Positions 38,256-47,542 of a DNA stretch of 64,000 bases are shown here, one piece after another. A program made the translations under genes and the position numbers. The stretch is from Clostridiaceae bacterium BRH_c20a (GTDB lineage Bacteria > Bacillota > Peptococcia > Peptococcales > BICA1-8): NCBI GenBank assembly GCA_000961765.1, contig LADT01000026.1, positions 19,574 to 83,573 of the forward strand, given 5' to 3'. The notes under the pieces are model-generated. The model did not search any database. It was given only the letters and a program-made list of their open reading frames with translations, and was not told the origin of the DNA. Numbering within the stretch: position 1 is the first letter of the stretch; every line of letters starts with the position of its first letter.

Positions 38256-38579
38256 TTAGGCAAATCTTTCAAATAGGGCTTTCATGACCTCCTCAAAGGA
38301 CATGGAGCCCATTTTATCTAAGACTTTATCCATTTCCGTTTTTTTCTTAAGGGAGCCTTGAAGGATGATATTTACTGTTTGCTGGCGATCGACTAAAACC
38401 GATTCTACATTTAAAACTCCACCTATTAGCCCGATTAGGACTAAGGTCTGGGAAGGAGTGAGGGAAAAGTTACATGTTTTTTTACTATTGGAATCAGTAT
38501 CCGGTATGCTGGTCCCTTTTTCGTAGGACTTGGCTAGCATTGCTTCCAAAAGGGAGTTTATATTTTCCGGTGAAAACAC
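38256..38579 (-). CDS. Hypothetical protein
   Basis: GTG 38579 preceded by GAGGAG; no recognised family. Confidence 0.6.
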   Translation of the reverse strand: MFSPENINSLLEAMLAKSYEKGTSIPDTDSNSKKTCNFSLTPSQTLVLIGLIGGVLNVESVLVDRQQTVNIILQGSLKKKTEMDKVLDKMGSMSFEEVMKALFERFA

Positions 38580-38827
38580 AAATGTTCCTCCTCGCAAATA
38601 GCTATTAAGGAATAATGATGGGTTCTTGAAGATTGGGAATAGGCGTACTTAAACCTGTAGCAAAAAAAACAAATAGGAGTGAGGTTATAATAAGTAACAG
38701 GTCATGCTGAACATTTTTAGAATCTGTCATTTTATCACACCTTAATTTGTAGTATATTATTATTATATTTTCTCCTTCCCCTATGGTGATTGCTATATTC
38801 TCTAAAAGTTAGAAAGGAGGGGTATCT

Positions 38828-39082
38828 TTGAGTGAGAATTATAAGTTTGTGCAAAACCCTAAATGCGAATATTTCCCCTGTCATAAAGTTCAGAAACCTG
38901 AAAGATTTAATTGTTTATTTTGTTACTGCCCACTCTATTTACTAAGAGAACAATGTGGCGGGAATTTTAAATATAACAAGGGTATCAAGGACTGCTCCCA
39001 TTGCGCTATTCCCCATTCCCCAGGCGGATATGAGTATATACGGGCGAAAATGGATATTGTCATCGATTTAGCTAAGCAGTAA
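38828..39082 (+). CDS. Cysteine-rich small domain protein
   Basis: CEYFPCH..FNCLFCYCPLY..C.G..KDCSHC.IPH; strong RBS AAGGAGG. Confidence 0.8.
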   Translation: MSENYKFVQNPKCEYFPCHKVQKPERFNCLFCYCPLYLLREQCGGNFKYNKGIKDCSHCAIPHSPGGYEYIRAKMDIVIDLAKQ

Positions 39083-39100
39083 GCAGAAAGGGTGAGCTAA

Positions 39101-40000
39101 TTGACCTCGGGAATTATTTTTAATATTCAGCGGTATTCCATCCACGATGGTCCTGGTATTCGTACTACTGTTTTTTTAAAGGGCTGTCCTTTAAAATGCT
39201 GGTGGTGTCATAATCCGGAAAGTCAGAATATCCATCAGGAAATAGCTTTTTGGCCTGACAGGTGCTTGGATTGCGGTGATTGCCTAAAAGCCTGTGCAGA
39301 TAAAGCGTTAACAAGAAAAAACGAGGGCTTTTTAACTGACAAAAATAAGTGCCTGCTATGTGCTAGCTGTGCAAAAGCTTGTTTTACTGAGGCTAGGGAG
39401 CTAGTCGGTAAACAAATTACTATTGAAGAGGTAATGGAGGAAATTAAGCAGGATATTATTTTTTATGACCAATCAGGTGGTGGGGTTACTTTTTCAGGAG
39501 GAGAGCCTTTAATGCAGGGGCAGTTTTTACAGGAGCTTCTGCTGGCCTGCCAAAAGGAATATATCCATACGACGGTAGATACCTCAGGCTATGCCCCTTG
39601 GGAGGTATTAAAAGGGATAAGTAAGCTAACAAACCTATTTTTATATGACATTAAGCTTATAGATGAAGAAAAACACATAAAATTTACTGGAGTGTCCAAT
39701 AGGCTGATTTTAGATAACTTAAAAAGACTTCTTGCAGAAAAAACTAGAATAATAGTCCGTATTCCTATTATTCCTAACATAAATGATGATGTCGATAATA
39801 TTCTCAAAACTGGTAGGTTGATGCGAAGTTTAGGCTTGAAGGAGGTAAATCTATTACCCTATCATGATAGTGCAACTGGCAAGTATGAAAGACGGGCAGA
39901 GACGTATCATTTAATGCAGGTAAAAACTCCTACAAAGGAAAAAATGCAGGACATATCTTCCATATTAGCTGATTTGGGTCTAAATGCAGTGCAGCAATAA
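39101..40000 (+). CDS. Glycyl-radical enzyme activating protein (HypD activase)
   Basis: HDGPGIRT, GCPLKCWWCHNPE, ferredoxin insert, GGVTFSGGEP. Confidence 0.92.
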   Translation: MTSGIIFNIQRYSIHDGPGIRTTVFLKGCPLKCWWCHNPESQNIHQEIAFWPDRCLDCGDCLKACADKALTRKNEGFLTDKNKCLLCASCAKACFTEARELVGKQITIEEVMEEIKQDIIFYDQSGGGVTFSGGEPLMQGQFLQELLLACQKEYIHTTVDTSGYAPWEVLKGISKLTNLFLYDIKLIDEEKHIKFTGVSNRLILDNLKRLLAEKTRIIVRIPIIPNINDDVDNILKTGRLMRSLGLKEVNLLPYHDSATGKYERRAETYHLMQVKTPTKEKMQDISSILADLGLNAVQQ

Positions 40001-40116
40001 TTAATACAACTATGGCGAAAAAATAATTCACAATTATTAGCTAACAATTGATTAATAAAGATCTTTTTTGTAATTTTTACTCTATATGAAAAGCTATTGA
40101 ACTGGAGGTTAATAGA

Positions 40117-42477
40117 ATGAATGAACGAGTTGCAAAGCTAAGACAAGAAAGTTTAGAAACTGTGCCCTCTATTTCACTAGAACGGGCCCGACTGGTAACT
40201 GAGGCTTATAAAATGTACGAGGGCAAGGTTTCAGTACCTGTTTTAAGGGCATTAACCTTTAAATACTTAATGGAGAATAAAACCATCTGTATCAATGAAG
40301 GAGAATTGATTGTAGGTGAAAGGGGTCCTGCCCCTCAGGCCACACCTACCTATCCTGAATTGTGCTGCCATAGCTTAGAGGACATGGAGGTTATGCATAA
40401 TCGGGAGACAATCTCCTTTTTTGTAAATGAAGAGGCTAAAAAGATTCAAGAGGAAGTAATTATTCCCTATTGGAAGGGTAAATCAATGCGGGACCTATTG
40501 CTTAATTCCATGACTGTCCAGTGGAAAGATTGCTATTCTGCAGGGATTTTCACTGAATTTATGGAACAGAGGTCCCCGGGTCATACAGTAGCTGATGATA
40601 AGATATATAAAAAAGGTTTAATTGATTTAATGCAGGATATTGTTAAAAGTTTAAAAGAGTTAGACTTTTATAATGACACTAATGCATATGAAAAGCAGGA
40701 AGAATTAAATGCCATGTTGATTTGTGCTGATGCAGTTCTTACCTTTGCTCGGCGTCATGCTGAAAAGGTAGCGGAGATGGCTGAACTCGAAATAGATCCA
40801 ATCAGGAAAAAGGAACTAGAAGAAATCGCAGTGGTTTGTGAACGGGTGCCAGCTCATAAACCAAGAACCTTTAGGGAGGCATTACAGGCGTACTGGTTCT
40901 TCCATTTAGGGGTAATAACCGAGTTAAATACCTGGGATTCCTTCTGCCCTGGCAAGCTTGATCAGCATTTATACCCCTTTTACAAAGATGATATTGCTCA
41001 AGGTATTCTTTCACCCGAAGAGGCTAAAGAGTTGTTGCAATGCTTCTGGGTTAAGTTTAACAACCAGCCTGCACCTCCTAAGGTGGGGATTACTCTAGAG
41101 GAAAGCGGAACATATACCGACTTTTGCAATATTAACATTGGCGGATTAAAACCGGATGGAACCGATGGAGTCAATGAATTATCATATATGCTTCTGGAAA
41201 TAATCAATGAAATGCGCATCCTTCAGCCTAGTACAAATATTCAGGTGAGCAGGAAAAATCCCGATAAATTTATTCAGAAAGCCGCCCAGGTAATTAGAGA
41301 AGGCTTGGGTCAGCCCTCGGTCTTTAATACCGATGCTGTCATTGAAGAGCTTTTACGACAAGGTAAATCTATTGAGGATGCCCGCTGTGGAGGAACCAGC
41401 GGCTGTGTAGAAACAGGAGCTTTTGGTAAGGAAGCATATATTTTAACAGGTTATTTTAACCTTGTTAAGGTATTAGAAATTACCCTCTATAATGGCATGG
41501 ATCCTCGCACAGGCAAATTGATAGGTATACAGACCGGAAACCCCAGATATTTTACCTCCTTTGAACAGCTAATGGATGCATTTAAAAAGCAATTAAAGCA
41601 CTTTATTGATATCAAAATTCAGGGAAATAACATCATAGAAAAATTATATGCCATTCATATGCCGTCACCCTTCCTTTCTATTATTATCAGTGACTGTATT
41701 GAAAAGGGCAAAGACTATCATGATGGTGGTGCTAGATATAATACCAACTACATTCAAGGGGTGGGTATCGGCAGTATTACTGACAGCTTATCGGCTCTTA
41801 AGCACCATGTTTTTGAAGAAAAAACTTTGACTATGGATGAGCTCTTTAATACTTTGGAAGATAATTTTCAAGATAATGAAAAAATCCGGCAATTACTTTT
41901 AAACCTAACCCCTAAATATGGTAATGATAATGATTATGCTGATAGTATAATGCAGGCTGTATTTGATGCTTTCTATACTGAAATAAACGGAAGGAAGAAT
42001 ATGAAGGGTGGTGTTTACAGAATCAATATGCTGCCTACCACCTGTCATGTCTATTTTGGTTCTGTTATCGGTGCCACACCAGATGGGAGAAAAAGCGGGG
42101 ATGTATTATCAGAGGGAATTTCACCTGTTCAAGGGGCAGACCGCAAGGGACCCACTGCAGTTATTAAGTCGGCAGCTAAAATGGACCATCTACGGACCGG
42201 GGGTACCCTCTTAAATCAAAAGTTTACACCCCAGGTTTTAGAAGGAAATGAAGGACTTATAAAACTGACCCATCTTATCCGCTCCTATTTTAAACTTGAC
42301 GGACACCATATTCAGTTTAATGTAATAAGCGCAGAAACCCTACGAAAAGCCCAGGCTGAACCTGAGAAATACCGGGATTTGATCGTTAGGGTAGCGGGCT
42401 ACAGTGATTACTTTAGAAACCTCAATAAAAAGCTTCAGGACGAAATAATCGCCAGAACAGAGTATGACTCAATGTAG
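40117..42477 (+). CDS. hypD: trans-4-hydroxy-L-proline dehydratase (glycyl radical enzyme)
   Basis: FTEFMEQRSPGHTV, NTWDSF, ESGTYTDF, GTSGCVE, LTGYFN, MLPTTCH, RVAGY motifs as in C. difficile HypD. Confidence 0.88.
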   Translation: MNERVAKLRQESLETVPSISLERARLVTEAYKMYEGKVSVPVLRALTFKYLMENKTICINEGELIVGERGPAPQATPTYPELCCHSLEDMEVMHNRETISFFVNEEAKKIQEEVIIPYWKGKSMRDLLLNSMTVQWKDCYSAGIFTEFMEQRSPGHTVADDKIYKKGLIDLMQDIVKSLKELDFYNDTNAYEKQEELNAMLICADAVLTFARRHAEKVAEMAELEIDPIRKKELEEIAVVCERVPAHKPRTFREALQAYWFFHLGVITELNTWDSFCPGKLDQHLYPFYKDDIAQGILSPEEAKELLQCFWVKFNNQPAPPKVGITLEESGTYTDFCNINIGGLKPDGTDGVNELSYMLLEIINEMRILQPSTNIQVSRKNPDKFIQKAAQVIREGLGQPSVFNTDAVIEELLRQGKSIEDARCGGTSGCVETGAFGKEAYILTGYFNLVKVLEITLYNGMDPRTGKLIGIQTGNPRYFTSFEQLMDAFKKQLKHFIDIKIQGNNIIEKLYAIHMPSPFLSIIISDCIEKGKDYHDGGARYNTNYIQGVGIGSITDSLSALKHHVFEEKTLTMDELFNTLEDNFQDNEKIRQLLLNLTPKYGNDNDYADSIMQAVFDAFYTEINGRKNMKGGVYRINMLPTTCHVYFGSVIGATPDGRKSGDVLSEGISPVQGADRKGPTAVIKSAAKMDHLRTGGTLLNQKFTPQVLEGNEGLIKLTHLIRSYFKLDGHHIQFNVISAETLRKAQAEPEKYRDLIVRVAGYSDYFRNLNKKLQDEIIARTEYDSM

Positions 42478-42528
42478 ACTTGTTAGGGGGCAGCTCCAAC
42501 GCCGCCCCGGAATAGTGTAAAAGTCTTA

Positions 42529-42565
42529 AAAAGAGAAACCGGCTTAGTTAGCCGGTTTCTCTTTT
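42529..42565. terminator. Bidirectional terminator
   Basis: AAAAGAGAAACCGGCT-N5-AGCCGGTTTCTCTTTT. Confidence 0.85.
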
Positions 42566-42832
42566 GAGTACACTGAAATATAAGGCGGGGTCAGAAGAAT
42601 ATAAAATTTAACCACGGGCCTTCGAGCACACGGATAAACACGGTAAAAAATCGATTTGTTACAACTAATATCGATGCATCCCTTAAGCTAGACCTTTGAG
42701 CAGATGCATCCTATAATCTTCACTTGCATCTGATGCATCCAAATATCTCAATCCAAAACTAATTCTCTTACTCGGTGACACAATGGCACGGTAGCACGAA
42801 ACTAATAAGCTTAATGCTGGGTAGCTGCAATC

Positions 42833-43201
42833 TTATGAATGACAGCTATGCTCATGGTCGTGCTCACAGCTCGAACCGGAATCGGAAATTTCCCCATTGA
42901 GAAAATCCTCAGCGACTTTTTTTATATCGCCGGAACAGCCGCGAATGACTTTGATACCGTTAGTTTGCAAAACGTTTACTGCCCCATCACCCATATTACC
43001 GGCTAGCATAACTTTTACTCCCTGACCGGCGAGAATAGTGGCGATATTTGATTTGCAGCCGCAGCTTACCGGAGAAGCTACTTTTTCCTCAGCAATGATC
43101 TGTTTATTCCCATCTGCTGTGAATACAGTAAAATATTCGCAGTGGCCGAAGTGGCTATCTACTTGGCTATTTCTAGAAGGTACTGCAATTTTCATAAACA
43201 T
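42833..43201 (-). CDS. NifB/NifX family metal-cluster-binding protein
   Basis: KIAVP..VDSHFGHCEYF, CGCKS, AGNMGDGA, His-rich tail. Confidence 0.85.
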   Translation of the reverse strand: MFMKIAVPSRNSQVDSHFGHCEYFTVFTADGNKQIIAEEKVASPVSCGCKSNIATILAGQGVKVMLAGNMGDGAVNVLQTNGIKVIRGCSGDIKKVAEDFLNGEISDSGSSCEHDHEHSCHS

Positions 43202-43303
43202 TCCCCCTTAGTAAATTAGCAAAACTATTGTGGTCATATGTTCAGTATAGCTAATGCTGCTAAAATAGTAAAGCAATTAATATAAAGGAAACTCGACTTA
43301 ACC

Positions 43304-43723
43304 TTAGTTTAATCTATCAATAATGTAGTATAACTCATTATTTTCCTTTTCAATTCTTTTCTTTAGAATGGTAAATATTTGGCTTGTATCAGTAATAAAT
43401 TGCTCTGGGTTATTCTTAATTGTGATAGAGCTAGGCCATTTTTTTAAGTACTTTTCAAAACTCTCCTTTAAGCCGCTCATTTCTTCAATATACCTTTCAG
43501 CCATAGTACTTATATCTTTGTTTGTGTCTTTCAAAAGCCTGGGATAGAGTCCATTGTCTTCAGCAGCTAGATGCATGTTTAATAATCCGGCTAGCTTGGC
43601 GAGTAGAGAGCGGACTGACTTACAATCTTTACTTAATTGCTCTAAGCTTAATAAACGGGATATTTCACCTGTTAATAACATTATTTCCTCATGCTGTTTT
43701 CGGAATCGCAAGGTTCTTTCCAT
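43304..43723 (-). CDS. Hemerythrin-like domain protein
   Basis: QHEEI, HLAAEDNGLYP, RIEKENNELY. Confidence 0.75.
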   Translation of the reverse strand: MERTLRFRKQHEEIMLLTGEISRLLSLEQLSKDCKSVRSLLAKLAGLLNMHLAAEDNGLYPRLLKDTNKDISTMAERYIEEMSGLKESFEKYLKKWPSSITIKNNPEQFITDTSQIFTILKKRIEKENNELYYIIDRLN

Positions 43724-43759
43724 AAATCTTACCTCCTAATGTAATGACTGGATATAATA

Positions 43760-43802
43760 ATTGTAAATCAAAGGGTAAAGGTTTGTTGTGAGATTTGTCA
43801 CA
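43760..43802 (-). promoter_or_regulatory. Crp/HcpR-type site with -10 box (class II promoter of hemerythrin gene)
   Basis: TGTGA-GATTTG-TCACA (43787-43802); minus-strand TACAAT at 43765-43760. Confidence 0.65.
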
Positions 43803-43922
43803 TTTTTAGGAAAAAAAGCAAACAAAGGGACAAATGTCTATTAATGTATAGACATTTGTCTATAGAAAATAATGTAAATATTCCTTAGAATAGAGTAGAG
43901 ATTATTATAAATTGTTTATTTA

Positions 43923-43929
43923 TGTCGAA
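43923..43929 (+). promoter_or_regulatory. Possible Spo0A box
   Basis: TGTCGAA upstream of the Spo0E-like ORF; a 7-mer, so it could be chance. Confidence 0.35.
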
Positions 43930-43974
43930 AAACCCATTCTTGATATAGAAAAAATATAACGAGAGGGATTAGTT

Positions 43975-44148
43975 ATGAATGTTGATTTGCTCATGTTGGA
44001 AATAGAAGATAAAAGAGAAGAGTTGAAAAACTTATATGAGAAAGAAAATCAGCTGATAAGCGAGGAGATACTTGCTAAAAGTAATGAGTTAGATGAATTA
44101 ATAGTTAAATATCTAAAGCTAGCTTTTGCTTTACATACAAAATTCTAG
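43975..44148 (+). CDS. Spo0E-family aspartyl-phosphate phosphatase-like (57 aa)
   Basis: Below the ORF-track cutoff; MNVDLLMLEIEDKREELKNL..EILAKSNELDELIVKY; SNELD is a variant of SQELD; RBS GAGGG. Confidence 0.8.
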   Translation: MNVDLLMLEIEDKREELKNLYEKENQLISEEILAKSNELDELIVKYLKLAFALHTKF

Positions 44149-44207
44149 AGGGTAGGATAGCTAAATAGGTGGTTATGCTCTTAATAAACTGAAAAAGGTA
44201 TAGTAAT

Positions 44208-44249
44208 AAATAGTGGCTCTTAACCATCAATGGTTAGAGCCACTATTTA
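44208..44249 (+). terminator. Inverted repeat upstream of aor
   Basis: AAATAGTGGCTCT(T)AACCA..TGGTTAGAGCCACTATTT. Confidence 0.6.
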
Positions 44250-44316
44250 TGGGAATTAAAGTATATTATCAGCGGGTATTCTGCAAACTAAGAAAAAATA
44301 TTGGAGGAATAAAGCT

Positions 44317-46041
44317 ATGAAATTGATTCGTATTAATATGGCTGAAAAAAGAGTAACTACTGAAAATGCCCCTGATAATTATGCTATTATGGGAGGAAGG
44401 GCTTTAACCACGGAGGTTATTGCTAGAGAAGTTGACCCTACCTGTCATCCCCTAGGTCATAACAACAAATTGGTTATCGCACCGGGCTTACTCTCCGGTA
44501 CAAGTGCACCTAGCTCAGGAAGGTTATCAATAGGCTTTAAAAGCCCCCTTACAGGTGGGATAAAAGAATCTAATGCAGGAGGGACCGCTGCCCAAAAGCT
44601 AGCTAAGTTAGGGATAAAAGCAATTATCATTGAACAAATACCTAAAGAGGAAGGTTTTTCTATATTGAGAGTAACCAAGGATGGTGTTGAACTAGTTGAT
44701 GGTTCGACATTACGAGGAAAAGCAAATTATGAGATTTGTGCTACCTTACAGAAAAAATATGGTGAAAAGGTTTGTGTAATGTCTATTGGTCCGGCTGGTG
44801 AGTATAAGCTCTCAGGTGCTACTGTAGCTGTATCTGATAGTGAGGGAAGGCCAGTTCGCCACTGCGGCAGGGGTGGTGGTGGTGCTGTCCTAGGCTCTAA
44901 AGGGATTAAAGCTATAGTAATAGATGATACGGATGCGCCGAAAGTAGCAATTCATGACCAGGAGAAATTTAAAGAAGCTGCCCGGGATTTTGGAAAGATT
45001 CTTACCTCCCATCCCGTAAGTGGTCAAGGTCTGCCCCTTTACGGTACTGCAGTTTTAATAAATATTTTAAATGAGGCCGGTGGTTTGCCTACTAAGAACT
45101 TCCGCTATGGTCGGTTTGATTTTGCGGACAAAATTAGTGGTGAAATGGTTCATGATGTAATAAATGAACGAAAGGGCAAGGTTACCCATGCTTGCCATCC
45201 TGGTTGTGTTATCCGTTGTTCCCAAGTATATCATGATAAAGAAGGAAAATATCTAACTGCAGGCTTCGAATATGAAACTATCTGGGCCTTTGGAGCTAAT
45301 TGTATGATTGATGATATTGATGCTATCGCAAGGTTAGATTATCTTTGTGATGATATAGGAATTGATACTATAGAGATGGGGGTAACCATGGGCGTAGCAA
45401 TGGAAGGCGGAGTGATTCCTTTTGGTGACGCAGATGGTGCTATAAAGCTTTTAGAACAGGTAAGGCAAGGTACGGAGTTGGGCAGAATTATTGGTAATGG
45501 AGCCGGGTTTACAGGAAAAGCCTTTGGTGTAACTAGGGTACCTACTGTAAAGAATCAGGGTATTCCTGCCTATGACCCCCGTTCAGTAAAAGGTATAGGT
45601 GTTACCTATGCCACTACACCAATGGGTGCTGACCATACTGCCGGGTATAGTGTTACAGCTAATATTTTAAAGGTAGGTAGTCATATTGACCCTCTGAAGA
45701 AAGAAGGACAGGTTGAGCTTTCCCGCAATCTGCAAATTGCTACTGCTGCAGTAGACAGTACCGGTTTATGCTTATTTACAGCCTTTGCATTACTTGATGA
45801 GCCCAGGGCTTTACAAAGAGTAGTTGATATGCTTAATGCCCAATATAATTTACAGCTTACAATAGATGATGTAACTGCTTTAGGAAAAGCTGTTTTAAAA
45901 ACTGAACGGTCATTTAATTTTAAAGCTGGATTGAATGAAGCAGAAGACAGATTGCCCGAGTTTTTCCAAGAGGAATTAGACCCCCATGGTACAGTATTCG
46001 ACGTATCTGATGCAGAGCTAGACCAGCTATTTAACTTTTAG
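44317..46041 (+). CDS. aor: Tungsten-type aldehyde:ferredoxin oxidoreductase
   Basis: KSPLTGGIKESNAGG, GRGGGGAVLGSKG, CHPGCVIRC, EYET, GIDTI, PAYDPR, GADH. Confidence 0.92.
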   Translation: MKLIRINMAEKRVTTENAPDNYAIMGGRALTTEVIAREVDPTCHPLGHNNKLVIAPGLLSGTSAPSSGRLSIGFKSPLTGGIKESNAGGTAAQKLAKLGIKAIIIEQIPKEEGFSILRVTKDGVELVDGSTLRGKANYEICATLQKKYGEKVCVMSIGPAGEYKLSGATVAVSDSEGRPVRHCGRGGGGAVLGSKGIKAIVIDDTDAPKVAIHDQEKFKEAARDFGKILTSHPVSGQGLPLYGTAVLINILNEAGGLPTKNFRYGRFDFADKISGEMVHDVINERKGKVTHACHPGCVIRCSQVYHDKEGKYLTAGFEYETIWAFGANCMIDDIDAIARLDYLCDDIGIDTIEMGVTMGVAMEGGVIPFGDADGAIKLLEQVRQGTELGRIIGNGAGFTGKAFGVTRVPTVKNQGIPAYDPRSVKGIGVTYATTPMGADHTAGYSVTANILKVGSHIDPLKKEGQVELSRNLQIATAAVDSTGLCLFTAFALLDEPRALQRVVDMLNAQYNLQLTIDDVTALGKAVLKTERSFNFKAGLNEAEDRLPEFFQEELDPHGTVFDVSDAELDQLFNF

Positions 46042-46054
46042 TTGGTGAGATATT

Positions 46055-46291
46055 ATGCGCTTAGAAGTAAGGTTGTTTGCTACCTTAAGGGATATATTTC
46101 CTAAAGAAAAAAGGGGAATGGACTTGGTGACTTTAGAACTGGGAAGTACTCTAGATGACCTTATCAAATATTTAAAGATTCCGGAGGATGCTCCCCTAAT
46201 TATTCTTGTAAACGGTAGGAGGCAAATTGAAAATATTGAACTAGCTGACGGAGATCGAATAGGGATATTTCCTCCGGTTGGAGGCGGATAA
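46055..46291 (+). CDS. moaD: MoaD/ThiS family sulfur carrier
   Basis: VRLFATLR, LVNG, C-terminal FPPVGGG. Confidence 0.88.
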   Translation: MRLEVRLFATLRDIFPKEKRGMDLVTLELGSTLDDLIKYLKIPEDAPLIILVNGRRQIENIELADGDRIGIFPPVGGG

Positions 46292-46333
46292 ATACAATGC
46301 TCAGACATAATTTTAAAAAAGGGGGACTTTTAA

Positions 46334-46678
46334 ATGCATGTAGTTAATCTTTCCGAAAAAACGGTTTACTCTGATAAATCTTTAACAAAAAAAATAGTCT
46401 ATCGTGATAAGGACGTGCTTGCCTTTGTTTTAAATTTCAAACCGGGTCAAGTCCTGCCTACCCACAATCATCCGGGTATGGTGACTATTCTCCAAGTATT
46501 AAAAGGAAAGGGTAAGTTCACTTTAGACAATGAAACCAAGGAACTAGGAACTAGCCAAATTTTAATCTGCCAGGGAAAGGAAATGCTAAGCTTAATTAAT
46601 GATGGGGATGAAGAATTATCATTATACGTCACCCTAACCCCTGGACCAACTGATGAAAGGTATGCTGACGAAGTTTAG
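46334..46678 (+). CDS. Cupin domain protein
   Basis: FKPGQVLPTHNHP..VLKGKG. Confidence 0.85.
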   Translation: MHVVNLSEKTVYSDKSLTKKIVYRDKDVLAFVLNFKPGQVLPTHNHPGMVTILQVLKGKGKFTLDNETKELGTSQILICQGKEMLSLINDGDEELSLYVTLTPGPTDERYADEV

Positions 46679-46847
46679 TAAGAAAATCTTATTATAAGGT
46701 GGAAATCCCGGGAAATATATCTTCTGGGATTTTTGTATTTCAGGCTAAATATAATCCTATTTAACAGCAAATTATGCTATATTTATAATAATATTAATGT
46801 GATTCTGTCTTCAATATATAAGCTTTAATTGATTTGGGGGTAGGGTT

Positions 46848-47105
46848 ATGGATTGTCGAATCGGTTGTGGAGCTTGCTGTATCGCTGGGTCTATTTCATC
46901 TAATATACCAGGTATGCCTAAGGGTAAAGCAGCCGGTGTTAGATGCATTCAATTGACGTTTGACAATAAGTGCAATTTATTCGGCAAAGCAGAAAGACCC
47001 TTAGTATGCAATACACTAAAGCCTTCACTAGAGATGTGTGGGACAAGATATGAAGATGCCTTTTCATATCTGGCTTCTCTTGAAGAGGCTACTAAACTTG
47101 AATAA
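46848..47105 (+). CDS. YkgJ family cysteine-cluster protein
   Basis: CRIGCGACC, RCIQL..C.LF..RP.VC, EMCG. Confidence 0.85.
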   Translation: MDCRIGCGACCIAGSISSNIPGMPKGKAAGVRCIQLTFDNKCNLFGKAERPLVCNTLKPSLEMCGTRYEDAFSYLASLEEATKLE

Positions 47106-47115
47106 CACTGAGAGG

Positions 47116-47390
47116 ATGTGGCATATGTTTCGGTTCTTTTTTTCTGCAGTAGTAATTATCTATATTCCCATTATACTGCTCTATGGAGGCTGGAATGCCC
47201 TCAATCCTCGGGTAATTAATTACAGCAGTGAGAAAGGATTTAAAGATGGTATTGGCTGGAGTTGATAAAAGCTTGCCCATTATCTTGCTGAATCATCAAC
47301 CCATAGAACTGGATGCTGCCCAAATGGAAGGTGTTGATCTTCAAGTTTCAGGACATACCCATAGGGATCAGATATTTCCTGCTAATATCT
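47116..47390 (+). pseudogene. Internally deleted, truncated metallophosphoesterase (YkuE-like)
   Basis: TM + YGGWNALNPRV fragment joined out of frame to IILLNHQP..DLQVSGHTHRDQIFP; catalytic core and C-terminus missing. Confidence 0.65.
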
Positions 47391-47542
47391 CAAAACCTTC
47401 TATTCCCCTGAAAACTGTTACTCCAGCTAGACCTAACTCTTTTGTTTTAAAACGATGGCGTGATATAAGGGCAACCTTTATACTTGTCACTCTCCCCGAT
47501 ATAAATCCTTAATCTACGAGCCTTCCCTGTAATTTTCACCAA
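47391..47542 (-). pseudogene. DUF190 (crcB-associated PII-like) remnant
   Basis: KITGKARRLRIYIGESDKYKG / LYHAIVLK / KELGLAGVTVFRGIEGF read across two frameshifts, then truncated. Confidence 0.75.

Noticed and set aside
40117-42477. PFL, CutC or isethionate sulfite-lyase identity for the glycyl radical enzyme (tempting given aprAB)
   Set aside because: Single-Cys GTSGCVE loop and HypD-specific motifs match HypD.
42673-42740. Mini-CRISPR from GATGCATCC repeats
   Set aside because: 9-bp repeats with ~20-bp gaps are far too short, and there are no cas genes.
42833-43201. Evidence for nitrogen fixation
   Set aside because: Stand-alone NifB/NifX-family proteins are common in non-diazotrophs; no nifHDK here.
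47038-47512. ORFs 47038..47265, 47092..47280 and 47228..47512 as intact genes
   Set aside because: Chimeric frames across pseudogene fragments.
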